From an uncultured delta proteobacterium (GTDB lineage Bacteria > Myxococcota_A > Polyangia > Polyangiales > Houyiibacteriaceae): 64,000 nt of DNA. The DNA lies in contig CAVOVB010000001.1 in NCBI GenBank assembly GCA_963699755.1, positions 1,632,001-1,696,000 of the forward strand, written 5' to 3'. This document shows, one piece after another, positions 9,722-19,438 of the stretch. Below the pieces are notes generated by a model. The model was not told the DNA's origin. It saw nothing but the letters and a program-made list of their open reading frames with translations, and searched no databases. Position 1 is the first letter of the stretch. Each line of letters opens with the position of its first letter. A program made the translations under genes and the position numbers.

Positions 9722-10639
9722 ATGCGACCCAGAGTCCTCGTCGTCTACAAGAAGAGTACCTATCAGCGCTACGTGGGCCGCGCGCAGGCACGGCTCCAGG
9801 AGCTGATCGAGCACAGCGATGTATCGGTGCAAGGGCTGCTTCACGAGCACGAGGTCCATCAGGCGACGCTACAGCGCGCAAAGGAGGCGCTTCGCGACTT
9901 GGGGGCGCGCGCGATCCTTCGATATCGCCCCGAGCCAATGCCCGAAGAGGGGGCCTGGGACCTCATCGTCACGCTCGGAGGAGATGGCACGCTGCTGTGG
10001 GCCTCCCATCTTGCGGACTCCTCGACGCCGATGCTGGCGATCAACAGCGCGCCGGATACCAGCGTCGGTTACTTCTGCGCCGGGGACGCGCACGATGTCG
10101 GTGAAGTGCTGGCTGCTGCCCTCGATGGAAGCCTGAAGTCGAGCCGTCTTGCGCGGATGCAGGTCGATGTGGGCGACAAGCTCATCTCGACACGTGTGCT
10201 CAACGACGCGCTCTACTGCCACGAGAGCCCCGCCGCGACGTCACGCTACATCCTAAAATTCGGCGGCGAGCAGGAGCGGCAGATGTCGAGTGGGGTCTGG
10301 GTCGGCCCCGCGGCCGGTTCAACGGCCGCGCTTCGCTCGGCTGGCGGCAAGGTCCTTCCGGTCGGCTCTCAGAAGATACAGTTCGTCGTCCGCGAGCCCT
10401 ACCGCGGCGTCGACAACAAATATCGGCTCGTCAAAGGCATGTTCACGCGCGACGGGGTGCTCGAGATCACCAGCCGTATGACCAAGGGCCGGATTTTCCT
10501 CGACGGTACCCAGAAGGTGTACGCGGTTGGGATTGGCGACCGGATTCGGCTGACTTTGTCGGACGAGCCGCTCACACTTCTGGGCCTGAGGCAGCGGACC
10601 AACCGCTCCAAGCAAGGTCTCGCCATTGAAGTAAATTGA
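9722..10639 (+). CDS. nadK: NAD(+) kinase
   Basis: LGGDGTLL, VLND, PAAGSTA..RSAGG motifs. Confidence 0.85.
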   Translation: MRPRVLVVYKKSTYQRYVGRAQARLQELIEHSDVSVQGLLHEHEVHQATLQRAKEALRDLGARAILRYRPEPMPEEGAWDLIVTLGGDGTLLWASHLADSSTPMLAINSAPDTSVGYFCAGDAHDVGEVLAAALDGSLKSSRLARMQVDVGDKLISTRVLNDALYCHESPAATSRYILKFGGEQERQMSSGVWVGPAAGSTAALRSAGGKVLPVGSQKIQFVVREPYRGVDNKYRLVKGMFTRDGVLEITSRMTKGRIFLDGTQKVYAVGIGDRIRLTLSDEPLTLLGLRQRTNRSKQGLAIEVN

Positions 10640-10672
10640 CCAGCGAAACGCCTGAGCGTTAGGTAGTACTCC

Positions 10673-11284
10673 GTGCCGCGCTATCGCAGCCATATCGCCT
10701 TCACGGTCTGGCCCCTCGCCGTGCTTTTCGTCTTGGAGTTGGTCCGGCTTTGGCCTGCGCTCCGCGGCGGAAGCTCGTTTGCCGAAGCGTCGCCCGCAAG
10801 TTGGGCTTCGCTCTTCACCTGGACGGTGCTGGTCCTGGGCTCCCTCGGAGCGTACGCGCGCGGTTGGAGCATGCTCGGGCGGGAGGCTGCCCAAAGCCCG
10901 GGGCCGTATCGGTCGATTGGCTGCCGGCGACTGCAGAAGCTGGCCGGCGGGCTTGCTTGGGCTCTCGTGGTCTCACAGCTCGTTCTGAATTGGGTCATGA
11001 CCGTCCGCGTTGGACCGGTCGCGATCAGTCAGTACGAGCTGTTGCGCGAGTTTCTGTCACGCCCGGCCGTCATGGCGTTCTATGTGCTGGGGCTCGGCGC
11101 GATCGGGCTCTTCTTGTCGCAGGGAATTGCCGCTTCGTTTCGTGCCTGGGGTCTCGCACAGCGGCCTGAAAGTTCACGCTGGCTCGAAATCGCCAGTACC
11201 GTGGCGTCGGCGACCATGGTGCTGTTGGCGATCAATGTTCTGAGTCACTTCGTGACCGGACGCGCATACTGGATGGGCCCGTGA
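10673..11284 (+). CDS. SdhC (cytochrome b558)-like five-TM protein lacking heme-ligand histidines
   Basis: Collinear by eye with Bacillus-type SdhC (LQKLAG, LSRPAVMAFYVLG, QG..S..AWGL..PESSR). Confidence 0.6.
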   Translation: MPRYRSHIAFTVWPLAVLFVLELVRLWPALRGGSSFAEASPASWASLFTWTVLVLGSLGAYARGWSMLGREAAQSPGPYRSIGCRRLQKLAGGLAWALVVSQLVLNWVMTVRVGPVAISQYELLREFLSRPAVMAFYVLGLGAIGLFLSQGIAASFRAWGLAQRPESSRWLEIASTVASATMVLLAINVLSHFVTGRAYWMGP

Positions 11285-12216
11285 GCGCCGCACGAATCTA
11301 TGCCATTGCTTTGAACACCTATCGCGAAGCCGTGCGCGACCGGGTCTTGTTTGGTGTTCTGGTGCTTGCGGCGGCCGTCCTTGCGCTGACCTTGGCGCTG
11401 GGGGAGCTTTCGCTCGATCAGCAGATGCGGGTCGTCACCGATCTCGGGCTCGCGTCGATCTCGTTGTTTTCGGTGGTGGTTGCGATTTTCCTGGGCTCCT
11501 CGCTCCTCTACAAAGAGATCGAACGGAAGACGCTCTACGTGATTCTTCCCAAGCCGATTGCGCGCTTCGAATTCTTGCTGGGCAAATACTTCGGCATCGT
11601 CGCGACCTGTGCGGTCTTCATCGCGATCATGGGGGCCTTACAGCTCCTGGTGACCGCCATTCAGGCCGAGGCGTCGACGACGCTGGTGATCGCGGTTCCG
11701 ATCGCCTTGCTGGTCAGTCTCGGAATTGCCTTTCTGGCCGCCAAAGACCGAACCCTCGTCGTGCCGATTTGGTCCATCGTTGCGCTCGGCGCATCGGCGT
11801 GGATTTGCTCGACGGTGGATGTCGAGCTCTTCCAGCTGCTTGCTTCCCTGCTGCTAAGCCTGGGCGAGGTGCTCATTCTGACGGCGGTAGCGCTCTTGTT
11901 TTCGTCCTTTTCGACTCCCTTTCTCACCGGTGCGTTCACGTTCGGGGTTTGGCTGGTCGGCAGGGCGGCACACGACATGGTGGCCATGGAGACCCGCGTC
12001 CTCAGCCCTGCGATGAAGACCTTGCTCCGTTGGTTCGCCGAGTTCCTGCCCAACTTCAATCTCTTCGTCCCGGGTCGAAACACCCTGGTGACGAAGACTG
12101 CCGCCTATGGCGAACCCTTGACCTACCTTGCCACGTCCATGGGCTACGCAATCTTGTACGCCGGGGCCACGCTCTTCATCGCCGCTCTAATCTTTCGTCG
12201 CAGAGACTTCTTGTGA
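11281..12216 (+). CDS. ABC-2 type permease, PilI-like
   Basis: IALNTYREAVRDRVL and KEIERKTLYVILPKPIARFEFLLGKY motifs, C-terminal FRRRDF. Confidence 0.85.
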   Translation: MSAARIYAIALNTYREAVRDRVLFGVLVLAAAVLALTLALGELSLDQQMRVVTDLGLASISLFSVVVAIFLGSSLLYKEIERKTLYVILPKPIARFEFLLGKYFGIVATCAVFIAIMGALQLLVTAIQAEASTTLVIAVPIALLVSLGIAFLAAKDRTLVVPIWSIVALGASAWICSTVDVELFQLLASLLLSLGEVLILTAVALLFSSFSTPFLTGAFTFGVWLVGRAAHDMVAMETRVLSPAMKTLLRWFAEFLPNFNLFVPGRNTLVTKTAAYGEPLTYLATSMGYAILYAGATLFIAALIFRRRDFL

Positions 12217-12866
12217 GCTCCTTGCGGGCGCGCTCTGGCATCGTGACTGGGATCGCGGTGCTCACTCTGTTCGCGTTGCTCTTCGGACGCGTGGCGTCGG
12301 AGTCTCGCGAGGAGCTCGCCGCAGCGAACGCCTACCGCCACGACGGTCGTCCAAGCCGTGCAATCGAGCACTACCGCCGCTCCATCCGATGGGCCCTGCC
12401 ATGGAGTCCGTACCACGCCGAAGCGATCTCCGAGCTGGAGTCCCTCGCCAAGGCGCTCGAGGCCGAGGGAGACAACGACCTTGCTCTCTTGGCCTGGCGG
12501 TCGCTGTCGGGCGGCATTGCGGCTACTCGAACGCTCTATTCGCGCTCCGACCCGGCGCGCGAGAATGCGAACGACCAGATTGCGCGTCTCCTTGCCATGG
12601 ATCAGGCTGCTGCTGTCGATTCTCGTTTGAGCGCCGAGCAGTTGGCCGCCGACCATCGCCGCCTCCTGAGCGACGAGGTGTCTCCCGATCCGTTTTGGGG
12701 GCTCGTGCTGTTGTCGGGAATGGCCGTCTGGGTTGGGGCGTTGGTCCTCTTGGCGCGGCGCGGTTTCGACTCGGCTGGACGCTTTCACTGGCCGACGGCG
12801 CGGGGCCCAGTCTGGGGCGCCCTGCTGGGCTTCGTTTCTTTTGCGATAGGATTGCTCTTCGCCTGA
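12213..12866 (+). CDS. Hypothetical membrane protein with a TPR-like helical domain
   Basis: GTGA overlap; N-terminal TM, AIEHYRRSIRW..P, two C-terminal TMs. Confidence 0.7.
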   Translation: MSSLRARSGIVTGIAVLTLFALLFGRVASESREELAAANAYRHDGRPSRAIEHYRRSIRWALPWSPYHAEAISELESLAKALEAEGDNDLALLAWRSLSGGIAATRTLYSRSDPARENANDQIARLLAMDQAAAVDSRLSAEQLAADHRRLLSDEVSPDPFWGLVLLSGMAVWVGALVLLARRGFDSAGRFHWPTARGPVWGALLGFVSFAIGLLFA

Positions 12867-12905
12867 AGTTGCCCGAACTTGGGCCACGGGGTAACAGGGG
12901 GCGTC

Positions 12906-14171
12906 GTGGATAGCATCCGAATCGTTGGGGGAAACAGGCTCGTGGGGTCAGTGCCGATCAGTGGCGCAAAGAACGCCGCGCTGCCCATCATGACGGCGGC
13001 GCTCTTGGCCGACGGTGAGCACGTGTTTCGGAACGTCCCCAATCTCCGGGACGTCCATACGATGACGCGCCTGCTAAACCGACTCGGTGCACAGGCGGAG
13101 TACGAGAACGGCCAGGTGCACGTCAGCCTGTCTGGCCCGATCGAGCCGACGGCTCCCTACGACCTCGTGAAGCAGATGCGCGCGTCGGTTCTGGTACTCG
13201 GTCCGCTCGTTGCGCGCTGCGGACGCGCGGTGGTCTCCATGCCGGGCGGCTGTGCAATTGGAGCGCGACCCATCGACCAGCATCTCAAGGGACTCTCGGC
13301 GATGGGTGCGGCGGTCGAGTTGCACCACGGCTACGTCGAGGTGACCGTCCCCGGTGGTCGACTGAAGGGCGCGGACATCAGCTTGGACTTCCCGACCCAT
13401 ACCGGGACCGAGAACCTCATGAGCGCGGCGGTGTTGGCCAAGGGCCGCACGACGCTCACGAACTGTGCCCGCGAACCGGAGGTCGAAGAGCTGGCCCGCG
13501 TCTTGAACAAAATGGGCGGGCGCATCGAAGGCGCAGGAACGTCCGTGATCTCGATCGAGGGTGTTGAATCACTTCATCCGATCGACCATGCGATCATTTC
13601 CGATCGCATCGAAGCCGGGACCTTCATGGTTGCCGCTGCTGCGACCGATGGCGACCTGCTCTTGCAAGGCGTGAGCTTCGAGCCTCTCGAGGCGGTCATC
13701 GCGAAGCTGCGGGAGGCCGGCGCAGGCGTCGAACGCGAAGGCGAAGGAATCCGTGTCGTGGGTTCGCGTCCGATCCGCCCGACCGACGTGATCACGCAGC
13801 CGCACCCCGGTTTCCCGACTGACATGCAAGCGCAACTGATGATGTTGATGTGCCTCGCTGAAGGCACGAGCCGAATCACCGAGACGGTATTCGAGAATCG
13901 TTTCATGCACGTCTCGGAGCTCAACCGGATGGGAGCCAGGATCCAAGTCAATGGCCGAACGGCGACCGTGCAAGGTGTGGATAAGCTCGAAGGCGCGGAG
14001 GTGATGGCCACCGACCTTCGTGCAAGCGCTTCGCTGGTCGTGGCAGGGCTGGTTGCCGAGGGCACCACCTACGTCCGGCGGGTCTATCACCTCGATCGGG
14101 GCTATGAGCACATCGAGGAGAAGCTGGCTCCGCTTGGAGCCCAGATCGAGCGGGTACCCGGAGATGCCTAG
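12906..14171 (+). CDS. murA: UDP-N-acetylglucosamine 1-carboxyvinyltransferase
   Basis: [29 protein letters not shown] (active-site Cys), [16 protein letters not shown]. Confidence 0.97.
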   Translation: MDSIRIVGGNRLVGSVPISGAKNAALPIMTAALLADGEHVFRNVPNLRDVHTMTRLLNRLGAQAEYENGQVHVSLSGPIEPTAPYDLVKQMRASVLVLGPLVARCGRAVVSMPGGCAIGARPIDQHLKGLSAMGAAVELHHGYVEVTVPGGRLKGADISLDFPTHTGTENLMSAAVLAKGRTTLTNCAREPEVEELARVLNKMGGRIEGAGTSVISIEGVESLHPIDHAIISDRIEAGTFMVAAAATDGDLLLQGVSFEPLEAVIAKLREAGAGVEREGEGIRVVGSRPIRPTDVITQPHPGFPTDMQAQLMMLMCLAEGTSRITETVFENRFMHVSELNRMGARIQVNGRTATVQGVDKLEGAEVMATDLRASASLVVAGLVAEGTTYVRRVYHLDRGYEHIEEKLAPLGAQIERVPGDA

Positions 14172-14802
14172 ACGCAACAAGGACACCATCGTCATTGCCG
14201 TTCCCAAGGGGCGGGTTCTCGAACAGCTCAGTGGCCGGCTCGAGCAAGCCGGGATTCCCACCGACGCGCTAACCGCGAATAGCCGCAAGCTCGTTCGCGA
14301 GGACAAGGAAACCGGACTGAGCTATTTGTTGCTCAAGCCCGACGACGTGCCGACCTACGTCGAGTACGGCGCGGCCGACCTGGGCATCGTAGGCCGAGAC
14401 GTATTGATGGAACGAAACTACGACGTCTTCGCGCCCGTCGACCTCGACATCGGCAAATGCCAGATGATGGTCTGCGGCCGTCCAAAGGAGCCCATCGCTG
14501 GCAAAGGAGAACGCCCTCTGCGCGTTGCCACGAAGTTCCCGCACATCGCCGAGCAATACTTCCGAGCCAAGGGCACGCCCGTCGAGCTGATCTTCTGCCA
14601 GGGCTCGGTAGAGCTCGGTCCCTTGACCGGGCTCTCGGACGTCATCGTCGACCTCGTGGAATCCGGCGAAACGCTTCGCCAAAATGGGCTCGTCCCACTC
14701 GAGAAAATCGCGGACATCAGCTCGGTCGTGATCGCCAATCGGGCTGCACTGAAACTTCGGCGAAGCCAAATCCAGCCGATTCTCGATGCCCTTCGCGGCT
14801 AG
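14164..14802 (+). CDS. hisG: ATP phosphoribosyltransferase, short form (HisZ-dependent)
   Basis: [47 protein letters not shown]; about 212 aa. Confidence 0.95.
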   Translation: MPRRNKDTIVIAVPKGRVLEQLSGRLEQAGIPTDALTANSRKLVREDKETGLSYLLLKPDDVPTYVEYGAADLGIVGRDVLMERNYDVFAPVDLDIGKCQMMVCGRPKEPIAGKGERPLRVATKFPHIAEQYFRAKGTPVELIFCQGSVELGPLTGLSDVIVDLVESGETLRQNGLVPLEKIADISSVVIANRAALKLRRSQIQPILDALRG

Positions 14803-14810
14803 GCACGACG

Positions 14811-15383
14811 ATGCTCCGTTTGCGTACAGCAACCGACCCAAGCTGGATCGACGTCGTGCTTGGCGATTTCGACGCGTTCCTCGTCGACCACGCGTCCTGC
14901 GAGCGGAAGGCCTCCGCTACCGCGCTGAAGCTCGTCTCTCACTACTCCGATCGTACTCTGCTCGTGCGCGAGTTGATTCCGTTCGCGCAGGAAGAGCTCG
15001 AACACTATGCGCAAGTCATGGAGATCATCCTCGACAGGGGTCTATCGACGCGGGCAGACGACAAAGACCCGTACGTCGGCGCGCTGATGAGGCTGATCAA
15101 GCGAGGGCCGGAGCAGTATTTCCTGGATCGACTGCTCGTGCTCGGCATCGTGGAAGCGCGGGGCTGCGAACGCTTCGGCATGGTCGCCGACGCCCTCGAA
15201 CCCGGGGCACTAAAGACGTTCTACGCGGACATCACGCGTTCGGAAGCCAGGCACCACGGCTTGTTCGTTCGCCTGGCGCGCGAATACTTCGCCGCGGAAG
15301 GCGTGCAGGCCCGGCTGAACGAGCTGCTCGACGCAGAAGCCGAGATCGTCGATCGCCTACCGTTGCGTGCGGCTGTTCACTGA
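14811..15383 (+). CDS. miaE: tRNA-(ms2io6A37) hydroxylase MiaE (di-iron)
   Basis: DHASCERKAS, EELEH, EARGCERF, SEARHH. Confidence 0.92.
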   Translation: MLRLRTATDPSWIDVVLGDFDAFLVDHASCERKASATALKLVSHYSDRTLLVRELIPFAQEELEHYAQVMEIILDRGLSTRADDKDPYVGALMRLIKRGPEQYFLDRLLVLGIVEARGCERFGMVADALEPGALKTFYADITRSEARHHGLFVRLAREYFAAEGVQARLNELLDAEAEIVDRLPLRAAVH

Positions 15384-15410
15384 ACGCGTTTTCGAGTACA
15401 CCGGTTCCCC

Positions 15411-16520
15411 ATGTGGAAAACCTCCGTGATTGGGAACGCCTGTGTTGCCTTCGGCTTCTTGCTCGCTTCTTGCAGCAGTGACGGCGGGGTCAGCGCCCCT
15501 CAGTACGACGCGACCGGACCCGCTGCGGTGGGCGTGTTGACGACGTCAGCCACCGACAGCGTCCGGGGTCGGACGCTTCCGATCGAAGTCTGGTATCCGA
15601 TCGAGTCCTCGGGTCCCGCATCCGGCGTCATCGACTTTGAAACCGATCCCGACCATCGAGCGGCGCTGTCTGGCCTCTTGGACGCGGCGCCCGAGGCCTG
15701 CGTCGCCAAGACGACGGCCGCCAGCCGGGACGCAGCCGCGGCCGCAGGTGAGTACCCGCTCGTTCTGTACTCGCACTGCTACACCTGCACGCGTTGGTCT
15801 GCGCATGCCGTCATGGAACGCTTGGCGTCCCATGGCTTCATCGTCGTCGCGCCCGACCACATCGGCGATACGCTCTTCGATCGCCTCGATGAAAGCCCGG
15901 CTCCGCTCAACAACGAGCTCGTCGATGTCCGGGAGGCCGACATTCGCTTCCTGCTCGACCGCGTTCTGGGGGGTGACGTCCTGCCCGATGGCATTTCCGC
16001 CAACGCGGCCCGGGTAGGAATGCTGGGCCACAGCATCGGTTCGGTCACTGCTGGAAGAGTGGCCGAGAACGATTCCCGAATTGCGGCCGTTGTCGGGTTC
16101 GCCGCGCCCATGGAGAACATCCTTTATGGCGAGGTGTCGATCGAAGCCATCGAGGTTCCCTTGGGCCTTCTCGTCGCCAACGAGGACAATTCGATCACCG
16201 AGGCCGGCAACTTCTTCATCCGAGAGAATTTCTCGAATGCAAATACGCCGGCCTACAAGATGGAGGTCGTCGATGCGGGCCACTGGTCGGTCACCAATAT
16301 CGCCGGACTGGACGCGTTCTTCGCCCCCGGATGCGGCGACGGCTTCAGGCAAACCAACGGCGAGCCGTTTACCTACGTCTCGGTCGACTCGGCGAACGGT
16401 CACACCGCCACCTTCGTCACCGCGTTTTTCGCCGGGCACCTGTTGAACGAACCAACTGCACTGGAGCTCCTAGGGAGCAATCCATTCCCCAGCGCAGCGC
16501 CAATTGAGGTTCGGGAGTAG
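15411..16520 (+). CDS. Alpha/beta-hydrolase lipoprotein (PAF-AH/chlorophyllase-like)
   Basis: Lipobox LASC, RTLPIEVWYP, PLVLYSH, LASHGFIVVAPDH, GHSIG nucleophile, AGHW. Confidence 0.85.
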   Translation: MWKTSVIGNACVAFGFLLASCSSDGGVSAPQYDATGPAAVGVLTTSATDSVRGRTLPIEVWYPIESSGPASGVIDFETDPDHRAALSGLLDAAPEACVAKTTAASRDAAAAAGEYPLVLYSHCYTCTRWSAHAVMERLASHGFIVVAPDHIGDTLFDRLDESPAPLNNELVDVREADIRFLLDRVLGGDVLPDGISANAARVGMLGHSIGSVTAGRVAENDSRIAAVVGFAAPMENILYGEVSIEAIEVPLGLLVANEDNSITEAGNFFIRENFSNANTPAYKMEVVDAGHWSVTNIAGLDAFFAPGCGDGFRQTNGEPFTYVSVDSANGHTATFVTAFFAGHLLNEPTALELLGSNPFPSAAPIEVRE

Positions 16521-16539
16521 GCCAGCCGCAGTTTTGGTT

Positions 16540-16647
16540 ACACCGCCCGCCCGCCCCCACCCGTAATCCTCCCTGCCGCGGCGGTCGCTGCGCTTCGCCT
16601 TGGCGGCGCGTTGCGCCGGGCTTCGCCCTTCGGGCTCGCGCTGCCGC
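16540..16647. repeat. Dispersed GC-rich palindromic repeat (REP/MITE-like), copy 1
   Basis: Highly similar to 56495-56609 (CCCCCACCCGTAATCCTCCCTG...GGCTTCGCCCTTCGGGCTCGCGCTGCCGC). Confidence 0.85.
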
Positions 16648-16672
16648 GCAACTGCGGGTGCCGGTGTCAGTG

Positions 16673-17167
16673 CTAAATCCGCTTGCGGTAGATCACGCGG
16701 ATCTCCCGGAAGCCGAGCGCGTCATGGGCGCGCCTCGCCCCTTCGTTCGCCGACCAGGTCGCTGATTCCATCACCTCGCAGCCAGCGGCTGTGAAACGCC
16801 GTTCGAGCTCGCGAAGCAAGGACGCGCCCACCCCGGTGCCCCTCGACTCCGGCACGACGAACCAATCCTCGACGACGCCCCTGCGCGGCAACACGCGCCT
16901 CGGCTCGACCGTGATTCGACCTGTGATGTACCCAACCGCGGCTGCCTGAGATTCGGCCACCAGGACGTGGCTGCTTGGGTCTTTGAGGAGCGCCTGAAGG
17001 TCGTCGTTGAGGATGCGCTCGTAGTCCCGATACTCGATGAGCGGGCGGTCATGCGCAGCAACGACCTCGTCGCGGTGGGCTTGATAGAGGCTGCGGTGAA
17101 AGCCGATCAGCACCTGACGGTCGGCCTCACCCGCCTCGCGCACTTCGAACGTCGGGACCATGAGCAT
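16673..17167 (-). CDS. GNAT-family acetyltransferase
   Basis: VEDWFVVPESRGTGVGASLL acetyl-CoA motif, NEGARRAH..LGF. Confidence 0.88.
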   Translation of the reverse strand: MLMVPTFEVREAGEADRQVLIGFHRSLYQAHRDEVVAAHDRPLIEYRDYERILNDDLQALLKDPSSHVLVAESQAAAVGYITGRITVEPRRVLPRRGVVEDWFVVPESRGTGVGASLLRELERRFTAAGCEVMESATWSANEGARRAHDALGFREIRVIYRKRI

Positions 17168-17201
17168 GAACCTAAGCGGTTCGGCAGGTGAGTGGTAGCG
17201 G

Positions 17202-17510
17202 CTAGCGCACGCGAATCGAATGCCGGATCCGACCGAAGGTCTTTCGGCCGATCCCCGGAACCCGAATGATGTCCTCGATGCGACGAAAGCGTCGCTTTTC
17301 GCGCTCCGCGACGATGGCCTCGGCGCGGCTCGGGCCAATGCCCGGGAGCTTCACGAGCTCCTCGGGCGGGGCCTCGTTGATGTTGATGCGCGGGTCTTGC
17401 TCGACGCTTGGCGGACCCTGATTAGGGGGGCCGACGCCGCCGTCGACTGCTCTAGCCGGCGCCGCGTAAAGCGCGCTCATCGCGAGCGGCAGAATGAACA
17501 GTCGCTTCAT
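17202..17510 (-). CDS. comEA: ComEA-family helix-hairpin-helix DNA-binding protein, secreted
   Basis: Signal peptide; ININEA..EEL..LPGIGPSRA..I; VPGIGRKT. Confidence 0.88.
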   Translation of the reverse strand: MKRLFILPLAMSALYAAPARAVDGGVGPPNQGPPSVEQDPRININEAPPEELVKLPGIGPSRAEAIVAEREKRRFRRIEDIIRVPGIGRKTFGRIRHSIRVR

Positions 17511-17725
17511 CAGGCTGCCTGGTCACGCGAGGCGCCCTCGCGGGCTTCCCTGGGCTGGTAGTCTCGGATCTGCAGCTCCCCGTTGACCGGCATCGCATCG
17601 AGCCGAACGTTGAGGCTTCCGTCACGGTTGACGAAGGCGGCACCCACGCGCACCCAAAACTTCCGACCGTCCTTGTTTCGCTCCACCACGGTGTAGGCAA
17701 TCTTCACTTTGTTTTCGTCGAGCAT
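17510..17725 (-). CDS. Small 71-aa beta-rich protein (WVRVGAAFVNRDGSLNVRLDAMP)
   Basis: ATG at 17725 with an AGGAGG RBS; its stop overlaps the comEA start (TGATG). Confidence 0.8.
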   Translation of the reverse strand: MLDENKVKIAYTVVERNKDGRKFWVRVGAAFVNRDGSLNVRLDAMPVNGELQIRDYQPREAREGASRDQAA

Positions 17726-17759
17726 CTTTCCTCCTGCTTGGAATGAGAATCGACTGTGT

Positions 17760-17775
17760 TGCACACGCGGTGCCA
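17760..17775 (-). promoter_or_regulatory. Candidate sigma54 (-24/-12) promoter
   Basis: Minus strand TGGCAC-CGCGT-GTGCA with correct GG-N10-GC spacing, 35 nt upstream of the 17725 ATG. Confidence 0.55.
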
Positions 17776-17931
17776 GGGCTCGGTCGAGTGATCCCGGGTA
17801 GCTACGCGGTGTGAACTGGCGAATCGGCGGCGTGGGAACGGCGGCCGCCAGCGGATCGCGGTCGCGGTTTGGTTTGTTGGCTGCAGAAGTTCCTGTCAGT
17901 ATCCCGCCGACCGAGGGGTACAAGGAGCCAG

Positions 17932-19401
17932 ATGAAGATTTCACTTTCTGAGGGTACGTGGGACAAATCGACCGCAGACATCGTCGCGGTCGCGGTTCCA
18001 TCGGGGAAGACGAAGCTCAACCGCGCCTTGGGGCGCATCGAGACCGTCACCGGCAAGGGCAGCATCAAGCCCCTCGCCTCGGATGAGCGCTTTGCGGGAA
18101 AGGTCGCGCAAACCCTCAAAGTTGCGGCTGCGGGCAAGGCGAAGTCTCGCTGGCTCTTGCTCGTCGGTGTCGGTGATGAAGAAGACGCCGGAAAGGTCGC
18201 TTGGACCCTCGGGCATTCGCTTGCTTCGGCGGCTCGCGCGCAAAAGAGCGCAGCTGTCGAGCTCTCCGTCGTCAACGCCGACACGGTTCGCGCCGCCACG
18301 CAGGGGCTCGTTGCCGGGGCCTATCGCTACACCGAGTACAAGAGCGACAAGGAGGCGGCCGCAACGCTCAGCTCCGCCGTCATCGTCGGCGCCCCAAAGG
18401 CTCGGCGCGGTCTGACCGCCGCCATTCGCACGGGGAAAGCCGTCGCGGAGAGCGTCAATTTCGCCCGCGACCTCGTCAACCGGCCGCCGAATGACCTCAA
18501 TCCAGTGACCCTCGCGCGTGCCGCCTCTAGCGAGTCACGAAAGCTGGGCTTGTCCTGCCGCGTCTGGAACAAGGCGCGCATCGAGAAAGAGGGGATGAAC
18601 CTACTGCTGGCGGTCAACAAGGGCAGCGCGATCGAACCGCGGGTCATTCACGTGGTGTATAAGCCAGCGCGTCCAAAAAAGAAGGTGGTTTTCGTTGGGA
18701 AGGGCCTCACTTTCGATGCCGGTGGCCTCTGCATCAAGCCGGCGGCTTCGATGGTCGACATGAAATGCGACATGGCCGGTGCCGCGACCACGTTGGGCAT
18801 CGTCTTCGCTGCGGCGCGACTCAAGCTCCCCGTCGAGGTACACGCCGTCATTGGCTCTACCGAAAACATGACGGGTGCGAAGGCGTACCGACCTGGCGAT
18901 GTCTACAAGTCGCTGGAGGGCAAGACCGTGGAGGTCATCAACACCGATGCTGAGGGGCGCTTGGTGCTTGCCGACGTGCTGACCTGGGCGGTGCGCAAGC
19001 TCAAACCCGACTACATGATCGACCACGCCACCCTGACCGGCGCTTGCCTGGTGGCGCTCGGCCCCTGGCGGGCGGCGCTCTACACCGACGACGATAAGCT
19101 CGCTTCGAAGTATATCGACGCCTCCGAAGGGGAGGGCGAATCGTTTTGGCGCCTGCCACTTGATTCGGATCTTCGCTCGACGCTCAAGAGCTCCATTGCC
19201 GACCTGAAGCACGTGGGCGGCCGCTACGGGGGCTCGATCACCGCGGCGCTCTTCCTCAAGGAGTTCGTCGGCGACACCACTTGGATGCACCTCGACATTG
19301 CCGGCCCGGCCTTCGTCGACCGGCCACATGGGCGCCTACCCAAAGGGGGAACGGGCTTCGGCGTCGCAACGGGAGTGCGATTCCTAGAGGGAATTCGGTA
19401 G
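17932..19401 (+). CDS. pepA: Leucyl aminopeptidase (M17)
   Basis: VGKGLTFDAGG, MKCDMAGAA, NTDAEGRLVLAD, HLDIAG; AAGGAG RBS. Confidence 0.95.
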   Translation: MKISLSEGTWDKSTADIVAVAVPSGKTKLNRALGRIETVTGKGSIKPLASDERFAGKVAQTLKVAAAGKAKSRWLLLVGVGDEEDAGKVAWTLGHSLASAARAQKSAAVELSVVNADTVRAATQGLVAGAYRYTEYKSDKEAAATLSSAVIVGAPKARRGLTAAIRTGKAVAESVNFARDLVNRPPNDLNPVTLARAASSESRKLGLSCRVWNKARIEKEGMNLLLAVNKGSAIEPRVIHVVYKPARPKKKVVFVGKGLTFDAGGLCIKPAASMVDMKCDMAGAATTLGIVFAAARLKLPVEVHAVIGSTENMTGAKAYRPGDVYKSLEGKTVEVINTDAEGRLVLADVLTWAVRKLKPDYMIDHATLTGACLVALGPWRAALYTDDDKLASKYIDASEGEGESFWRLPLDSDLRSTLKSSIADLKHVGGRYGGSITAALFLKEFVGDTTWMHLDIAGPAFVDRPHGRLPKGGTGFGVATGVRFLEGIR

Positions 19402-19438
19402 TCGAGCCGGCTCGCCGTCGAGATGCGGGTGTGCGACC

